Of a DNA stretch of 40,339 nucleotides, positions 26,454-35,628 are shown piece by piece. Made by a program: the position numbers and the translations under genes. This DNA comes from a virus. Numbering within the stretch: position 1 is the stretch's first letter; each line of letters starts with the position of its first letter. The stretch is taken from the UHGV virus genome UHGV-0008619. One strand, written 5' to 3'. Under the pieces are notes generated by a model. That model saw only the letters and a program-made list of their open reading frames with translations. It was not told the origin of the DNA and did not search any database.

Positions 26454-27518
26454 TCAGGTGTTGCTGCCGTAAACAACACCAGAACGACCTTTCATGTCAC
26501 AGGTGATCTGTAGACCCTCGGCGGACATAATGCGGAAATTGTAGTTATCAGTCGGCATCATGCGCGGTAACGGAACTACACCAGTGGTCATACCAATCAG
26601 CGGGGTGATGACGCTGCGACTACGCTGATAAGCGATAAATTCGTTGCCGGACAGCGCATAGGTCTGGCGAATATCGCCAACCGGGATGAACGGTTTAACA
26701 ACATCCAGCACACTACCAACAATAGCGCCGTTAACGATGTGCGGACGTGCCAGGTTAGCCATAATTTCTGGCGATACCCACATTACATCGTATTTAGCTA
26801 CGAAGTTGGCGCGGGCCAGTTTCCCGAACTCACCAGTGGTAAAGAATTCAATAATCTTATCGAAAGCCGCAGTGGTAAGGTCGATTTTAGCGACAGTTTT
26901 CAGTTTAAGTTGCTGGGTGTTTTTGTGGTTTTTAATACCCATTGCTTTATGACCATCAACCACGATACGGTCGTTACCATTCAGATAGAACTGAACGCGG
27001 GCTTTATTGAATTTTTTCAGTTTCAGGCGTTGGCTATCCAGTGCAAGATCGATACCCACGGTATTTAAGCCCTGAGCTAAACGCCAGTTAACACCGTAAC
27101 CCGCTGCGAACATCGGGATTGGGTCGCCATCGCTGCCGTATTCAGTGTGATCAAAGCCGTGCGGCGCTTGACCATCCATAGACATCACGACCTCATCGTT
27201 GATGTCGCCGGATACGCTGTACATTTTCAGCGTTTTACCGATAGGCAGTACGGTTTGAACACCCATCAGGTCGTTTACGATCTCAATACCGATTTCTTCG
27301 GTGTTCAGTTCGATAATCTGGTTATCGATTTCTTTCCAGAATTCTTTTGCGAAGCCGCCGACGGCGTTACAGGTCAACATTTCAGCGGTCATATTTGCCT
27401 GATTTGCTGCAATCATGGCGTTGTGCTGCTCGTTGAAGATATTGCGTTGCGCCCACAGTTCTTTCCAATGGCCCTGCATACGGGCGTTGGTGGCAAGGTT
27501 TTCTTTTGTAAAGTACAT
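26454..27518 (-). CDS. major capsid protein
   Basis: 354 aa; position after scaffold/decoration genes; AAGGGG RBS; followed by terminator. Confidence 0.75.
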   Translation of the reverse strand: MYFTKENLATNARMQGHWKELWAQRNIFNEQHNAMIAANQANMTAEMLTCNAVGGFAKEFWKEIDNQIIELNTEEIGIEIVNDLMGVQTVLPIGKTLKMYSVSGDINDEVVMSMDGQAPHGFDHTEYGSDGDPIPMFAAGYGVNWRLAQGLNTVGIDLALDSQRLKLKKFNKARVQFYLNGNDRIVVDGHKAMGIKNHKNTQQLKLKTVAKIDLTTAAFDKIIEFFTTGEFGKLARANFVAKYDVMWVSPEIMANLARPHIVNGAIVGSVLDVVKPFIPVGDIRQTYALSGNEFIAYQRSRSVITPLIGMTTGVVPLPRMMPTDNYNFRIMSAEGLQITCDMKGRSGVVYGSNT

Positions 27519-27535
27519 GTTTTTCCCCTTTTAAA

Positions 27536-27961
27536 TTAAGCGACGCGAACGCGGATGAAGTCAACGCCTTCCAGGGTTACGTCTTCCTGGCAGTACGCAA
27601 TGATTGGGTCTGCGGCACCACTTTCCGGTGCGGCAAACAGTTTCACGCCAGTAGCCGAAAGAGCGATAGCCGCCCCTTTTTTGTATTCTCCAGCAGGAAC
27701 ACGGAGAGCAAACTCACGACCCTGTTCCACATAATCAGCAACAACGGTTGCGTCTTTAGCAATTTCATCAGCAATGGTTTTGCCTTCATGGAATGCCGGG
27801 TTAACGATGAAAAGTTGGGCCTTGCCAACATCTGCAAGGGCTGCTTTAGCGAATTTACCTTCAGCCAGTTTAACCAGTTCACCAGGTTTCACCGCCTCAT
27901 TGGCTGCATAGGTTTCGGTAATTGACTTACCATCAATATTTACACGACGAAAACGAAACAT
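27536..27961 (-). CDS. head decoration/structural protein (by position)
   Basis: 141 aa Ala-rich protein directly upstream of major capsid gene; AAGGGG RBS in same context as capsid gene (TTAATTAAAAGGGGA). Confidence 0.4.
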   Translation of the reverse strand: MFRFRRVNIDGKSITETYAANEAVKPGELVKLAEGKFAKAALADVGKAQLFIVNPAFHEGKTIADEIAKDATVVADYVEQGREFALRVPAGEYKKGAAIALSATGVKLFAAPESGAADPIIAYCQEDVTLEGVDFIRVRVA

Positions 27962-27977
27962 TGTGATCCCCTTTTAA

Positions 27978-29246
27978 TTAGAAATAAGTGTTAAAGTCTG
28001 GTACTTCGCCTTTTTTACCTTCGCTTGCTGCATTGGTTGCCATTGGCGCGGCTTTGCCCAGGGATTTAAACATTGCTTCTAACGCTTCCCCACTTAATGC
28101 GTTAGCAACAATTTCGCCGTGCACTTTTGCTACTGCGGCGCGTTTTTCTGCTACTTCTTTATTTGCGTTTGCTGCGATCTCTTCTTTAATCGCTTTCTGG
28201 TTGGTCTGTAATTCTTCAACGCTTGCCTGTACTGGTTTAAGTGCTTCAGCGATTGCATTAGCCATATTTGCAGTGATGCTTTCGTTAATTTCTTTTACCA
28301 GTTCGGCGCGTTCTTCTTTGGTCAAAGGCATGGGATCGTCCTCCGATTTATTGGCCTTAATTTTTTCATTCAGGGAGAAAAGATTAGATAGGTGTTCAGC
28401 GAACTGAGCGAACCATGATTTACCTTCCTCATTGGTTGCAAGCTCGCCATTATTGAGAATTATTTTATCAGCCTGTTTTTCATACGTGCAAACTTGAGCA
28501 TTTTCAGCGTTAGTAGCAATCGTCACTTCTTTATCAGTGAAGTCCACGACATAGACATAATCTGCATCGGGGAACAGTTTACGCGCCGCTTCCTCAAGTT
28601 GTCTTTCAAGCGTGCGATAGCTGTTTTCTTTCATTGCCACCGCCATTAACGGCTTCGCCTGGTCAGTGTTAACCATCAGGCCAACGCCCTGTTCAGGCGA
28701 TGCGGCAGGCGGTTCGTGAAGCAGGATAGCGTCATGGTCGATTGACATGATTTTTACCACGCTGTCAGCACCCTGGGCTTTCATTTCTTCAGTAGCTGGC
28801 ATACGCTGACGATATACGGCAACAGATGACCAGATCGGATCTTTGCTTTCGCCTTTTTCCAGCGCTTCCAGTCGGCTTAATAATTCGCGTCCTTGTTCTG
28901 AATGGCTGGCGGTTTCCACATCCACCCATTTTTCCACATAAACACGGTTGCCGCGTAATTCAACATTTCTGTTCCACGCTCCACAAAAGCCAATATTCAG
29001 ACCTTCCGGGCTAAATGCGGAAACAAATTCGCCGTCAACCGTAGGATGGCCCAGCGGTGCGAGCGTGCCTTCCAGAGATTGATAATTAGCAATGATTTCG
29101 GCTTCCGGGTAATATTCACGATTCATAACAATATTGAAGGGCAACGTATACGACGGGACTACAATGTGTTCACGCCCGTTATATGTTTCCCGGCGGATGG
29201 TATTAGCGGTTAATTTGGTATTAACCTGAATCAGTTCTTTACTCAC
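27978..29246 (-). CDS. prohead protease/scaffolding protein
   Basis: C-terminal long coiled coil (scaffold-like) after N-terminal globular domain; likely GTG start 29246 after GGGAG RBS (track start 29261 is TTG). Confidence 0.55.
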   Translation of the reverse strand: MSKELIQVNTKLTANTIRRETYNGREHIVVPSYTLPFNIVMNREYYPEAEIIANYQSLEGTLAPLGHPTVDGEFVSAFSPEGLNIGFCGAWNRNVELRGNRVYVEKWVDVETASHSEQGRELLSRLEALEKGESKDPIWSSVAVYRQRMPATEEMKAQGADSVVKIMSIDHDAILLHEPPAASPEQGVGLMVNTDQAKPLMAVAMKENSYRTLERQLEEAARKLFPDADYVYVVDFTDKEVTIATNAENAQVCTYEKQADKIILNNGELATNEEGKSWFAQFAEHLSNLFSLNEKIKANKSEDDPMPLTKEERAELVKEINESITANMANAIAEALKPVQASVEELQTNQKAIKEEIAANANKEVAEKRAAVAKVHGEIVANALSGEALEAMFKSLGKAAPMATNAASEGKKGEVPDFNTYF

Positions 29247-29251
29247 GATTT

Positions 29252-30196
29252 TTACTCCCAATCTTCGCCATATTTAGCGTGCGCAACCTTATAGTTTTCT
29301 TGCGCCCGATCTAATATTCGTTTGTTTAATATATTACCGTCTTCATCAACTAATACGGTAATCGTGCTACATTTGCAGTTAATTGAATTAGGGGATCTGC
29401 TCCACCATTCGCGCTGCTCTTTTATGGTGTATGTTTTCCCGTGCCGCTGTGCGTGTGATAACCTGGTAGTCGGTGATAATGCCGAAATATGCATTTGCAT
29501 GGTGCGCAAATTAAGCTCTTCTGACGCTGCTTCTGCCTCATCCATACGCGCTGTGCGCAACGCTGTGCATATTTCAGTACGGGCAATACGTTTGCACCTG
29601 TATAGCGGCAATTGCGTTTCCTGCTGCAATGTGCGCGCTATTTCGAGTGGGTTTAGGCCACGGGCCATGCCTTCGGTTAATCGGCGGGCCATATCCTTCT
29701 TGATCTGTGCGGTCAGCCCACGCATCTCTTCAAATACACGGGTACGGACCAGGGCAAGACGCGTGCGATAGGTCTGACTGGTTAATACCGCCGACACTTC
29801 AGGGTAAGCCCTGGAATATGTGACTGACTGGTTAGCGAGGTTGGCATATTCCTGTGAAGTGCCGCGTTGATATGCTACCTTCACGTATTCCTGCCAGAAC
29901 CAGAAGTTTTCCGGGTCGGTTAACTCGAATATCTCATCAATCATGTCGCTGGCGTCTTCCAGCAAGTCATGTAATTCGTCAATGTAGATCTGGAAAGTGT
30001 ATTTCTTATTAACAGCCAGGGTATATTGTATTCTGTCCAGTATGGCGATATACGGATCTGCAACTTTCTTCAGGCAGGCTTTAAAACGCTTAATAGCACC
30101 AGACCTTAACTTCCCTGTCATTGTCGGGTCTTCGGTGTTAGATGGCATTATCGCGGCTGGAGGTATTCGCCTGATTATCTTCTTCACCCTCATCAT
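29252..30196 (-). CDS. head morphogenesis protein (minor head, SPP1 gp7/Mu F-like)
   Basis: 314 aa ORF between portal and protease; GAGGAGG RBS before ATG 30196. Confidence 0.5.
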   Translation of the reverse strand: MMRVKKIIRRIPPAAIMPSNTEDPTMTGKLRSGAIKRFKACLKKVADPYIAILDRIQYTLAVNKKYTFQIYIDELHDLLEDASDMIDEIFELTDPENFWFWQEYVKVAYQRGTSQEYANLANQSVTYSRAYPEVSAVLTSQTYRTRLALVRTRVFEEMRGLTAQIKKDMARRLTEGMARGLNPLEIARTLQQETQLPLYRCKRIARTEICTALRTARMDEAEAASEELNLRTMQMHISALSPTTRLSHAQRHGKTYTIKEQREWWSRSPNSINCKCSTITVLVDEDGNILNKRILDRAQENYKVAHAKYGEDWE

Positions 30197-31508
30197 CGTC
30201 CTCCTCTTCCGTTTCTACTTCACTGGCTGGGCCATCGTATCCGGCGGCCTCACGGATCTCATCGCCGCTAAATATTTCTTCACCAGTAGCCAGACAAGCC
30301 TGATTGATTTGTGCCATTTTGTATGCCGCTTCCAGTAGCTCGGCTTTGGTCATGGCGTTCAGGTCGTCCCATATCACTGATATATCAACTGGCATACTGA
30401 TAAGGCGTAGCGCTGCCATCTTGCTAAACAGATCTTCAAGCTCACCGCCGATTTCCTCCCTGCGGGTCATGCAGCGACTGTTGAAGTAGCGGAGGTCTTC
30501 GGTTGATGCGCGTTCGCCCTGCTGGTTCCCAACCAGGATGCGGGTTGGAATATCAATACCAGCGGCGGCGGTTTGCAGGTTGACGTCATAGGTTGCTGAC
30601 GGGTCAGATACGGCAGTCACCAGCGGGCTAACTGTTGCCCCTTGTAATGCCATCATCACGTCGTTACCCTTATTCATTTCATCCGCTGCCTCATTGAATT
30701 TTTCTCGCAGCTCTGTGACGTCGCATCCGTATGTAGCTGCCAGTGACCTGAAGTCAATATCCTTGTCGAATGAGATAGCAAGCTGTCGTGCGGCGTTTTT
30801 CAGGAACGATTCACCACTACCGCCTTCCACTTTCTCCAGTGACACAAAGGCGTTATATGACGGTTCAAGGAAAGCGATGGCATCATCAGAATAGTCGCCA
30901 AAGATGAAAATGCGGTCAGGGTGGATCCTTCTTGCTATGGTCTTACTGTTAATGCGTTCCTTGTACTCCCACCACGTAGGCAGGCCATAGTTTTCATTAT
31001 CCGGGTCTTCTTCGAACTCCTTCGGCGTAAGCGCACCAGCCCATACCGGGGTAAATTTGGCAATGCCTACGCCTTTTGTGACTGGCTTATCCCACGGCTG
31101 GTTATCTCTGACATGAATCAACAGGCCAGCATAACGACCAATGAGGCGGCGGCGGTCGCATTCAGCAATGACACGCCAAAATCTGTTGTCGAATTGTTTC
31201 TTGATTTCTCTTTCCCAGGGTGTTTCCTTTTCGGCTTTCTCGTCTTCTGTCCCCTCGATTAGCGTTGGCATGGTGCGCCAGCAAGTGGTGACAATCTTCT
31301 CCACAGCACCATGAGCGATGCCACCGCGTCTGTACAGTTTGTATAGATCGTCATACGTGATCTCTTCTTTGAATCCGTATTCACTCCACGCAGCATCACG
31401 TTTGGCATCTATCCCCATAGTGAACGGGTTGGCAGCTGCATAGCGGGCGTATGCCGCCTGGCGTTGTGACAAGGCAGCATTAACCGCCAATTCTAAATTG
31501 GATGGCAT
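30138..31508 (-). CDS. portal protein
   Basis: About 456 aa with acidic C-terminal tail (EEEDDDEGEED), immediately downstream of terminase; AGGAG RBS before ATG 31508. Confidence 0.75.
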   Translation of the reverse strand: MPSNLELAVNAALSQRQAAYARYAAANPFTMGIDAKRDAAWSEYGFKEEITYDDLYKLYRRGGIAHGAVEKIVTTCWRTMPTLIEGTEDEKAEKETPWEREIKKQFDNRFWRVIAECDRRRLIGRYAGLLIHVRDNQPWDKPVTKGVGIAKFTPVWAGALTPKEFEEDPDNENYGLPTWWEYKERINSKTIARRIHPDRIFIFGDYSDDAIAFLEPSYNAFVSLEKVEGGSGESFLKNAARQLAISFDKDIDFRSLAATYGCDVTELREKFNEAADEMNKGNDVMMALQGATVSPLVTAVSDPSATYDVNLQTAAAGIDIPTRILVGNQQGERASTEDLRYFNSRCMTRREEIGGELEDLFSKMAALRLISMPVDISVIWDDLNAMTKAELLEAAYKMAQINQACLATGEEIFSGDEIREAAGYDGPASEVETEEEDDDEGEEDNQANTSSRDNAI

Positions 31509-31520
31509 AATGTTTACTCC

Positions 31521-31560
31521 TGAATACATGTTTACGCGTTGCTACGCGAAAAATAGAAAA
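31521..31560. repeat. conserved ~40-bp element, copy 2 (upstream of portal)
   Basis: TGAATACATGTTTACGCGTTGCTACGCGAAAAATAGA; 24-bp exact match to copy at 18786-18809. Confidence 0.6.
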
Positions 31561-31586
31561 ACTTGTGGGGGGTTGTGAGTCAGATT

Positions 31587-33065
31587 TTAAAATCCGCGCA
31601 GGCGCTTCGGTAACATGAGGCCCATTGCCTGTGGTTGGCTTAGTTCGGTAATACCCCATACCATCGCGTCCATACGGTCAGGGGATTTTTTAGCGGTAGC
31701 TGGCACGTATTCCATCATTTGATTTTCCAGCGTGTACAGACTGCCAGTGTGTGCCACCCTGCCCTGGGCATACAGTGCAGATATTGGTTCAGCACGGGCG
31801 AATTTACCCTTGCTTGCGTGCACCTTAACAATGCGGCCTTTGAACCCTGCATTGCGTAGTGTGGCCTCTGCCATGTCACCGCCCTGGTTGGTTTCGATAA
31901 CCATCGCGTCAGCTTCATGGATGTCATATGCTTTCATGGATGCTTGCGCCCAGTCGTTAGGCGACATGCGGCCTGAATAGTCACCATCAACAGAATACTG
32001 AGCATTCTTACCGCCACCATATGCGGAACACGCCACGATCCCCGTTTCGTCAGATTCATCAGATGACGTTGTCGCCGGGTCGATGGCTATTACCGTGCGG
32101 ATCTTGTCCTGCGTTATCTGCATCCGGTGCGCTGCGGTTATCATCGCTTCAGTCCACAATGCACCCTCTTCGTCGAATTTACGCGGGCGCTGCATGTACT
32201 GGGCCTCAAATGACCGCCTGTGTGCTTTCAGTCCAGCTTCATGGGCGTCATTGTGCTTTTTAGGCCATAGCCAACCATCAGGCAGGTTGTGAGGAATAGG
32301 GATAGCGAACTCGTTTTCAGGGTACAAATCCCGGTAGCCAACGCTGTTGTCGATCTTCACTGGCAAGTTCAGGTGATGCCATTTCTCACCACTTCCACCG
32401 CGTAGCAGGTAGCCGGACAAATCATCGTAGTGGATGCGTTGCATGATGACGATAACAGGCGTCGTTTGCACTGCCAGACGTGAAGCAAGCGTGTCGTTAT
32501 AGTTAGTGTTTACCTGCTTTCTCACCACGTCAGAGTAAGCGTCAGCGGGTTTTAATGGGTCGTCGATGATTAACGCACCGTTAAATCCCGGTTCCATATA
32601 CCCAGCACGGAACCCAGTAACCTGGCCCAGCGATGACGTTGCATACACGCCGCCACCGTATTCAGTCCACCACATCGATTTACTGTTTGCATCGTTGCGG
32701 ATCTTCATGGGCCACATTGCCTGATACTCAGGCGTACAGATCATGTTTCTTACAGTTGAGGAGTTGAGTAGCGCCAGGTTGTTGGAATAGGAAACGTGAA
32801 GGAAGCGTGTGCGGGGATTTATTGCGAGGGACCGTGCCATCATGTTGATGGTAGCGATCATGGTTTTACCGTACCCTGGGGGAATGTTGATGATGAGTCG
32901 GGTTATCTCACCATTGACAACGCGCTGCAACGCGTCGCGGATAGCTAAGTGATGGCCTGATAGTAACATCTTCGTTCCGTTCGCTTGCTTGTAAAAGTAG
33001 CGATTGAAAAACAGGCCATCGTTTTCACATTTGGACTGAATAACTCGTTCTTTGATTGTCAACAT
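31587..33065 (-). CDS. terminase large subunit
   Basis: Walker A PPGYGKT near N-terminus, C-terminal nuclease-type acidic residues; ATG 33065 after GAGGTG. Confidence 0.85.
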   Translation of the reverse strand: MLTIKERVIQSKCENDGLFFNRYFYKQANGTKMLLSGHHLAIRDALQRVVNGEITRLIINIPPGYGKTMIATINMMARSLAINPRTRFLHVSYSNNLALLNSSTVRNMICTPEYQAMWPMKIRNDANSKSMWWTEYGGGVYATSSLGQVTGFRAGYMEPGFNGALIIDDPLKPADAYSDVVRKQVNTNYNDTLASRLAVQTTPVIVIMQRIHYDDLSGYLLRGGSGEKWHHLNLPVKIDNSVGYRDLYPENEFAIPIPHNLPDGWLWPKKHNDAHEAGLKAHRRSFEAQYMQRPRKFDEEGALWTEAMITAAHRMQITQDKIRTVIAIDPATTSSDESDETGIVACSAYGGGKNAQYSVDGDYSGRMSPNDWAQASMKAYDIHEADAMVIETNQGGDMAEATLRNAGFKGRIVKVHASKGKFARAEPISALYAQGRVAHTGSLYTLENQMMEYVPATAKKSPDRMDAMVWGITELSQPQAMGLMLPKRLRGF

Positions 33066-33067
33066 AA

Positions 33068-33553
33068 TCACACCTCATCTTCTACTTCCTGAACGATGCG
33101 GGCGATCTCTTCTTTTGTGACTTCTACCTGTACGGGCGCTTCTTCCCTGTTGCCGACGATTTCCTGCGTAACGCGTTCGCCATACTTACGCGGTTGCAGT
33201 TTTGCCAATAGCCATTTACGCGTTTCAATCATCAGTTGATGGCGGCGGCATTCGTCTTTATCGATGTTCTCCGCTGCATCGGCTATATCGATGATCTCAT
33301 CAGCCAATACCTCAAAACCGATCTCCTTCGCGCGCATGTACATGTCCGAGAACTCTGGCACGTCTCTGAACCATTTGAGGATTGTTGAACGCGCAGGCAT
33401 ATCAGGCATCTTCGAAATCTTGTTAATACTATGACCGTCCGCCACCAGCTCGCAGATTTCTAATGCCTTTTCTTCGGTATAACCATGCGGACGGCCCGTC
33501 TTTTTGGCTGCTGGCTTTTTGTCTTCAGCATTTGCCTTTTTAGTGCGGGCCAT
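33068..33553 (-). CDS. terminase small subunit
   Basis: 161 aa, basic N-terminus with HTH (HGYTEEKALEICELVADGHSINKISK), immediately upstream of large subunit; AAGAGGTGA RBS. Confidence 0.7.
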   Translation of the reverse strand: MARTKKANAEDKKPAAKKTGRPHGYTEEKALEICELVADGHSINKISKMPDMPARSTILKWFRDVPEFSDMYMRAKEIGFEVLADEIIDIADAAENIDKDECRRHQLMIETRKWLLAKLQPRKYGERVTQEIVGNREEAPVQVEVTKEEIARIVQEVEDEV

Positions 33554-33563
33554 ATTTCACCTC

Positions 33564-33647
33564 TTAATATTTGTTGATGATATATACGCAAGCCACAAAA
33601 CTTGCGCAGTATGTTAATACTTCCAACCAGTCGAATAGCTCTTTCAT
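33564..33647 (-). CDS. mini-gene H: 27 aa hydrophobic peptide MKELFDWLEVLTYCASFVACVYIINKY
   Basis: ATG 33647 preceded by GAAGGG; stop TAA; single hydrophobic stretch. Confidence 0.45.
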   Translation of the reverse strand: MKELFDWLEVLTYCASFVACVYIINKY

Positions 33648-33657
33648 TGTTTACCCT

Positions 33658-33738
33658 TCACATAATAGAAAGCGCCCAGGTAATAAGGACGATAGCCAAA
33701 ACCATATAGATAAAATCTGACTCTCTCATGTTGTCCAT
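33658..33738 (-). CDS. mini-gene G: 23-26 aa hydrophobic peptide M(DNM)RESDFIYMVLAIVLITWALSIM
   Basis: ATG 33738 or 33729 (AGGATGG RBS favours 33729). Confidence 0.4.
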   Translation of the reverse strand: MDNMRESDFIYMVLAIVLITWALSIM

Positions 33739-33804
33739 CCTGCTTACGCGAAGAAAACGATAACAACTAACAGCGAACTTATAGCTATGATTAAGAAATC
33801 ACTG

Positions 33805-33879
33805 TCAGACATTGATAATAAACCCCACAATTACAACCGCTGCGATGCATACGAATAATACAGCTTCGATAGTTTCCAT
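33805..33879 (-). CDS. mini-gene F: 24 aa hydrophobic peptide METIEAVLFVCIAAVVIVGFIINV
   Basis: AGGTGA RBS 4 nt before ATG 33879. Confidence 0.45.
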   Translation of the reverse strand: METIEAVLFVCIAAVVIVGFIINV

Positions 33880-33887
33880 ATATTCAC

Positions 33888-33956
33888 CTATTGAGTCAGT
33901 GCGATCATAGTGAGAACAATTGCGACAATCAGGAAAAAGAAATCAAGCCATTTCAT
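33888..33956 (-). CDS. mini-gene E: 22 aa hydrophobic peptide MKWLDFFFLIVAIVLTMIALTQ
   Basis: ATG overlaps stop of gene D (ATGA); GGGAG RBS. Confidence 0.45.
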   Translation of the reverse strand: MKWLDFFFLIVAIVLTMIALTQ

Positions 33957-34033
33957 TTTTTAAACTCCCGATAAACATCAACAGCAATGACTACAACTAC
34001 AGCCACCAGCAATAGCATTTCGTATGCGTTCAT
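33953..34033 (-). CDS. mini-gene D: 26 aa hydrophobic peptide MNAYEMLLLVAVVVVIAVDVYREFKK
   Basis: ATG overlaps stop of gene C (ATGA coupling). Confidence 0.4.
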   Translation of the reverse strand: MNAYEMLLLVAVVVVIAVDVYREFKK

Positions 34034-34128
34034 TTGATGCTACCCATAACAAGGCCGATGATGATAATTATGGCGACAGTGCCTAACATCATTCCGCGCA
34101 TAATCGCCAGTAATTCGAATATATCCAT
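34030..34128 (-). CDS. mini-gene C: 32 aa hydrophobic peptide MDIFELLAIMRGMMLGTVAIIIIIGLVMGSIK
   Basis: AGGTGA RBS before ATG 34128. Confidence 0.45.
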   Translation of the reverse strand: MDIFELLAIMRGMMLGTVAIIIIIGLVMGSIK

Positions 34129-34136
34129 GCCGTCAC

Positions 34137-34211
34137 CTATACAACATTCTTCCACCAGAAATAGATAATGACGGCGACCAACGACCACCAGATGAGATCG
34201 TAAATATTCAT
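34137..34211 (-). CDS. mini-gene B: 24 aa hydrophobic peptide MNIYDLIWWSLVAVIIYFWWKNVV
   Basis: AAAGG RBS before ATG 34211. Confidence 0.4.
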   Translation of the reverse strand: MNIYDLIWWSLVAVIIYFWWKNVV

Positions 34212-34221
34212 GTGAATGCCT

Positions 34222-34296
34222 TTAGCTTTCAATGAATATCATGATCGCCAGCCATACAGCGACGCAGGCAGAAAGGATAATTAGCGGGTCAATCAT
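34222..34296 (-). CDS. mini-gene A: 24 aa hydrophobic peptide MIDPLIILSACVAVWLAIMIFIES
   Basis: GAGG RBS 6 nt before ATG 34296, 2 nt after stop of HExxH gene. Confidence 0.45.
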   Translation of the reverse strand: MIDPLIILSACVAVWLAIMIFIES

Positions 34297-34298
34297 AA

Positions 34299-34883
34299 TC
34301 AGCCTCGTTTAAAGCTCATCACACGCGGTACAAGCGCTTCTTTTGCTTTCGGCTTACGTTTGCCTTTCTTCGCGGTTTTTTCTTCTTCCTTCGGCTCCTC
34401 TGCCTGTTCAACTGCCTGTTCTGCTGCATCAGTCGCCTTTTCCGCCTGGTCTAATGCCTTCTCAACGACTTCAGCGGCCTGCATAGCTGCCAACTGTGCT
34501 TCATTAGACTCAGCCAGGATCGGGAAGAATGCGTCAAAGATGCGGCCCACCATGTAAGCATAAGTCTCGTTCGCCGGATGAGTTGGATCGGTGGTCGCCA
34601 CGACGCCTACATCACTTAAAACGTGGAATGTAGTGTGGGCGCATTCATGGACCAGCGTACCAAGCTCATTATCGAATACTGCGATCACGTAGAAGTTACC
34701 GCCTTTCTCGCCAGTGCAAGTAAGCGTCAATCCTCCTGCCAGTTCAAAATCAGGTTCGATTGGGATCCCTGCCTTTTCGCAAAATTCATAGAACATGTCG
34801 CGAGTCGGGCAGAAGAAAACTGTTGTATGCTCAAAGAGCGGGACTTTGAATTGAGGCAACTTAATGCCTTTACCCTTAGCCAT
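34299..34883 (-). CDS. HExxH-motif protein with Ala/Glu/Lys-rich low-complexity C-terminal tail (possible zinc metallopeptidase-like)
   Basis: 194 aa; motif LVHECAHTTFH; AGGAG RBS; C-terminal tail AAMQAAEVVEKALDQAEKATDAAEQAVEQAEEPKEEEKTAKKGKRKPKAK. Confidence 0.55.
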   Translation of the reverse strand: MAKGKGIKLPQFKVPLFEHTTVFFCPTRDMFYEFCEKAGIPIEPDFELAGGLTLTCTGEKGGNFYVIAVFDNELGTLVHECAHTTFHVLSDVGVVATTDPTHPANETYAYMVGRIFDAFFPILAESNEAQLAAMQAAEVVEKALDQAEKATDAAEQAVEQAEEPKEEEKTAKKGKRKPKAKEALVPRVMSFKRG

Positions 34884-35154
34884 CAGAATAATCTCCTGTC
34901 TGGTTTGCTTTTACTTCCTGTTTATACAGCGGCAGGAATGACATAAAACACTGAAAACGGCGCTTCATCAGTACCGTTTCCAGAATTTTATAAAATTGGT
35001 TAATGGCGCTTTCTTCTACCCAGGCAGCGCCTAACCTGTTAATGGGATGACGTGCATCCGGTATTGCGTGTTTTTGACTTTTCCGCCGTCGCTCGCGGGA
35101 AGGATTGGCCCGGTTATGGCTGGCTGGCAGAAACGGCGACACGCCAACGCGCTG

Positions 35155-35625
35155 TTATTCTTTGCGTAAGCACTGCGTTTTGATGTAGCCCTGAAGCGCG
35201 GTTATCTTCGCGTCCTTCTCTTTTAGTTGTTCTCTGAGGGATAGATAAGCCGATTCAGCGTCGGGAGTGAGTCTACAGGAGGCTCCATTAATGGTGCTGG
35301 CGGATCCGGTGGAGTCGGACACTCGCACGGGTATTGCGTTGACGCGCAGCCGGATAGTACCGTTATCAATGCCAGTGCGCAGATCGGCAATGTCAGATCT
35401 GATAGCTTTAATCTCATCGTGATACCTCTTATCAAGTTTTGACAGTTCGGCGTTTCGCTCCTTCATCTGCTGAATAGTGTTACTTGCCGTTTTCAGTGCG
35501 CCTTGCGTGGTCGTTAATTCTTCCTGTAACCTTGTCGCCTCACTCTGGTAATGGCATGTTACGGCTGTAAGGCTGGCAATGATGCAAACAACAGCGGCGA
35601 TGATTAACGTCTTCACCTTGTCCAT
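35155..35625 (-). CDS. i-spanin (Rz-like)
   Basis: N-terminal TM segment, coiled-coil periplasmic domain, embedded +1 frame lipoprotein gene. Confidence 0.75.
   Translation of the reverse strand: MDKVKTLIIAAVVCIIASLTAVTCHYQSEATRLQEELTTTQGALKTASNTIQQMKERNAELSKLDKRYHDEIKAIRSDIADLRTGIDNGTIRLRVNAIPVRVSDSTGSASTINGASCRLTPDAESAYLSLREQLKEKDAKITALQGYIKTQCLRKE
35223..35417 (-). CDS. o-spanin (Rz1-like lipoprotein), embedded in Rz
   Basis: MRLKLSDLTLPICALALITVLSGC lipobox followed by Pro-rich short mature region; AAGAGG RBS. Confidence 0.7.
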   Translation of the reverse strand: MRLKLSDLTLPICALALITVLSGCASTQYPCECPTPPDPPAPLMEPPVDSLPTLNRLIYPSENN

Positions 35626-35628
35626 GTT

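Noticed and set aside
34876-35142. Minus-strand 88 aa ORF between Rz and the HExxH gene
   Set aside because: Basic, Arg-rich N-terminus without RBS; more likely a non-coding leader or promoter region for the HExxH operon. An extended -10-like TGTATAAA occurs there but was not called as a feature.
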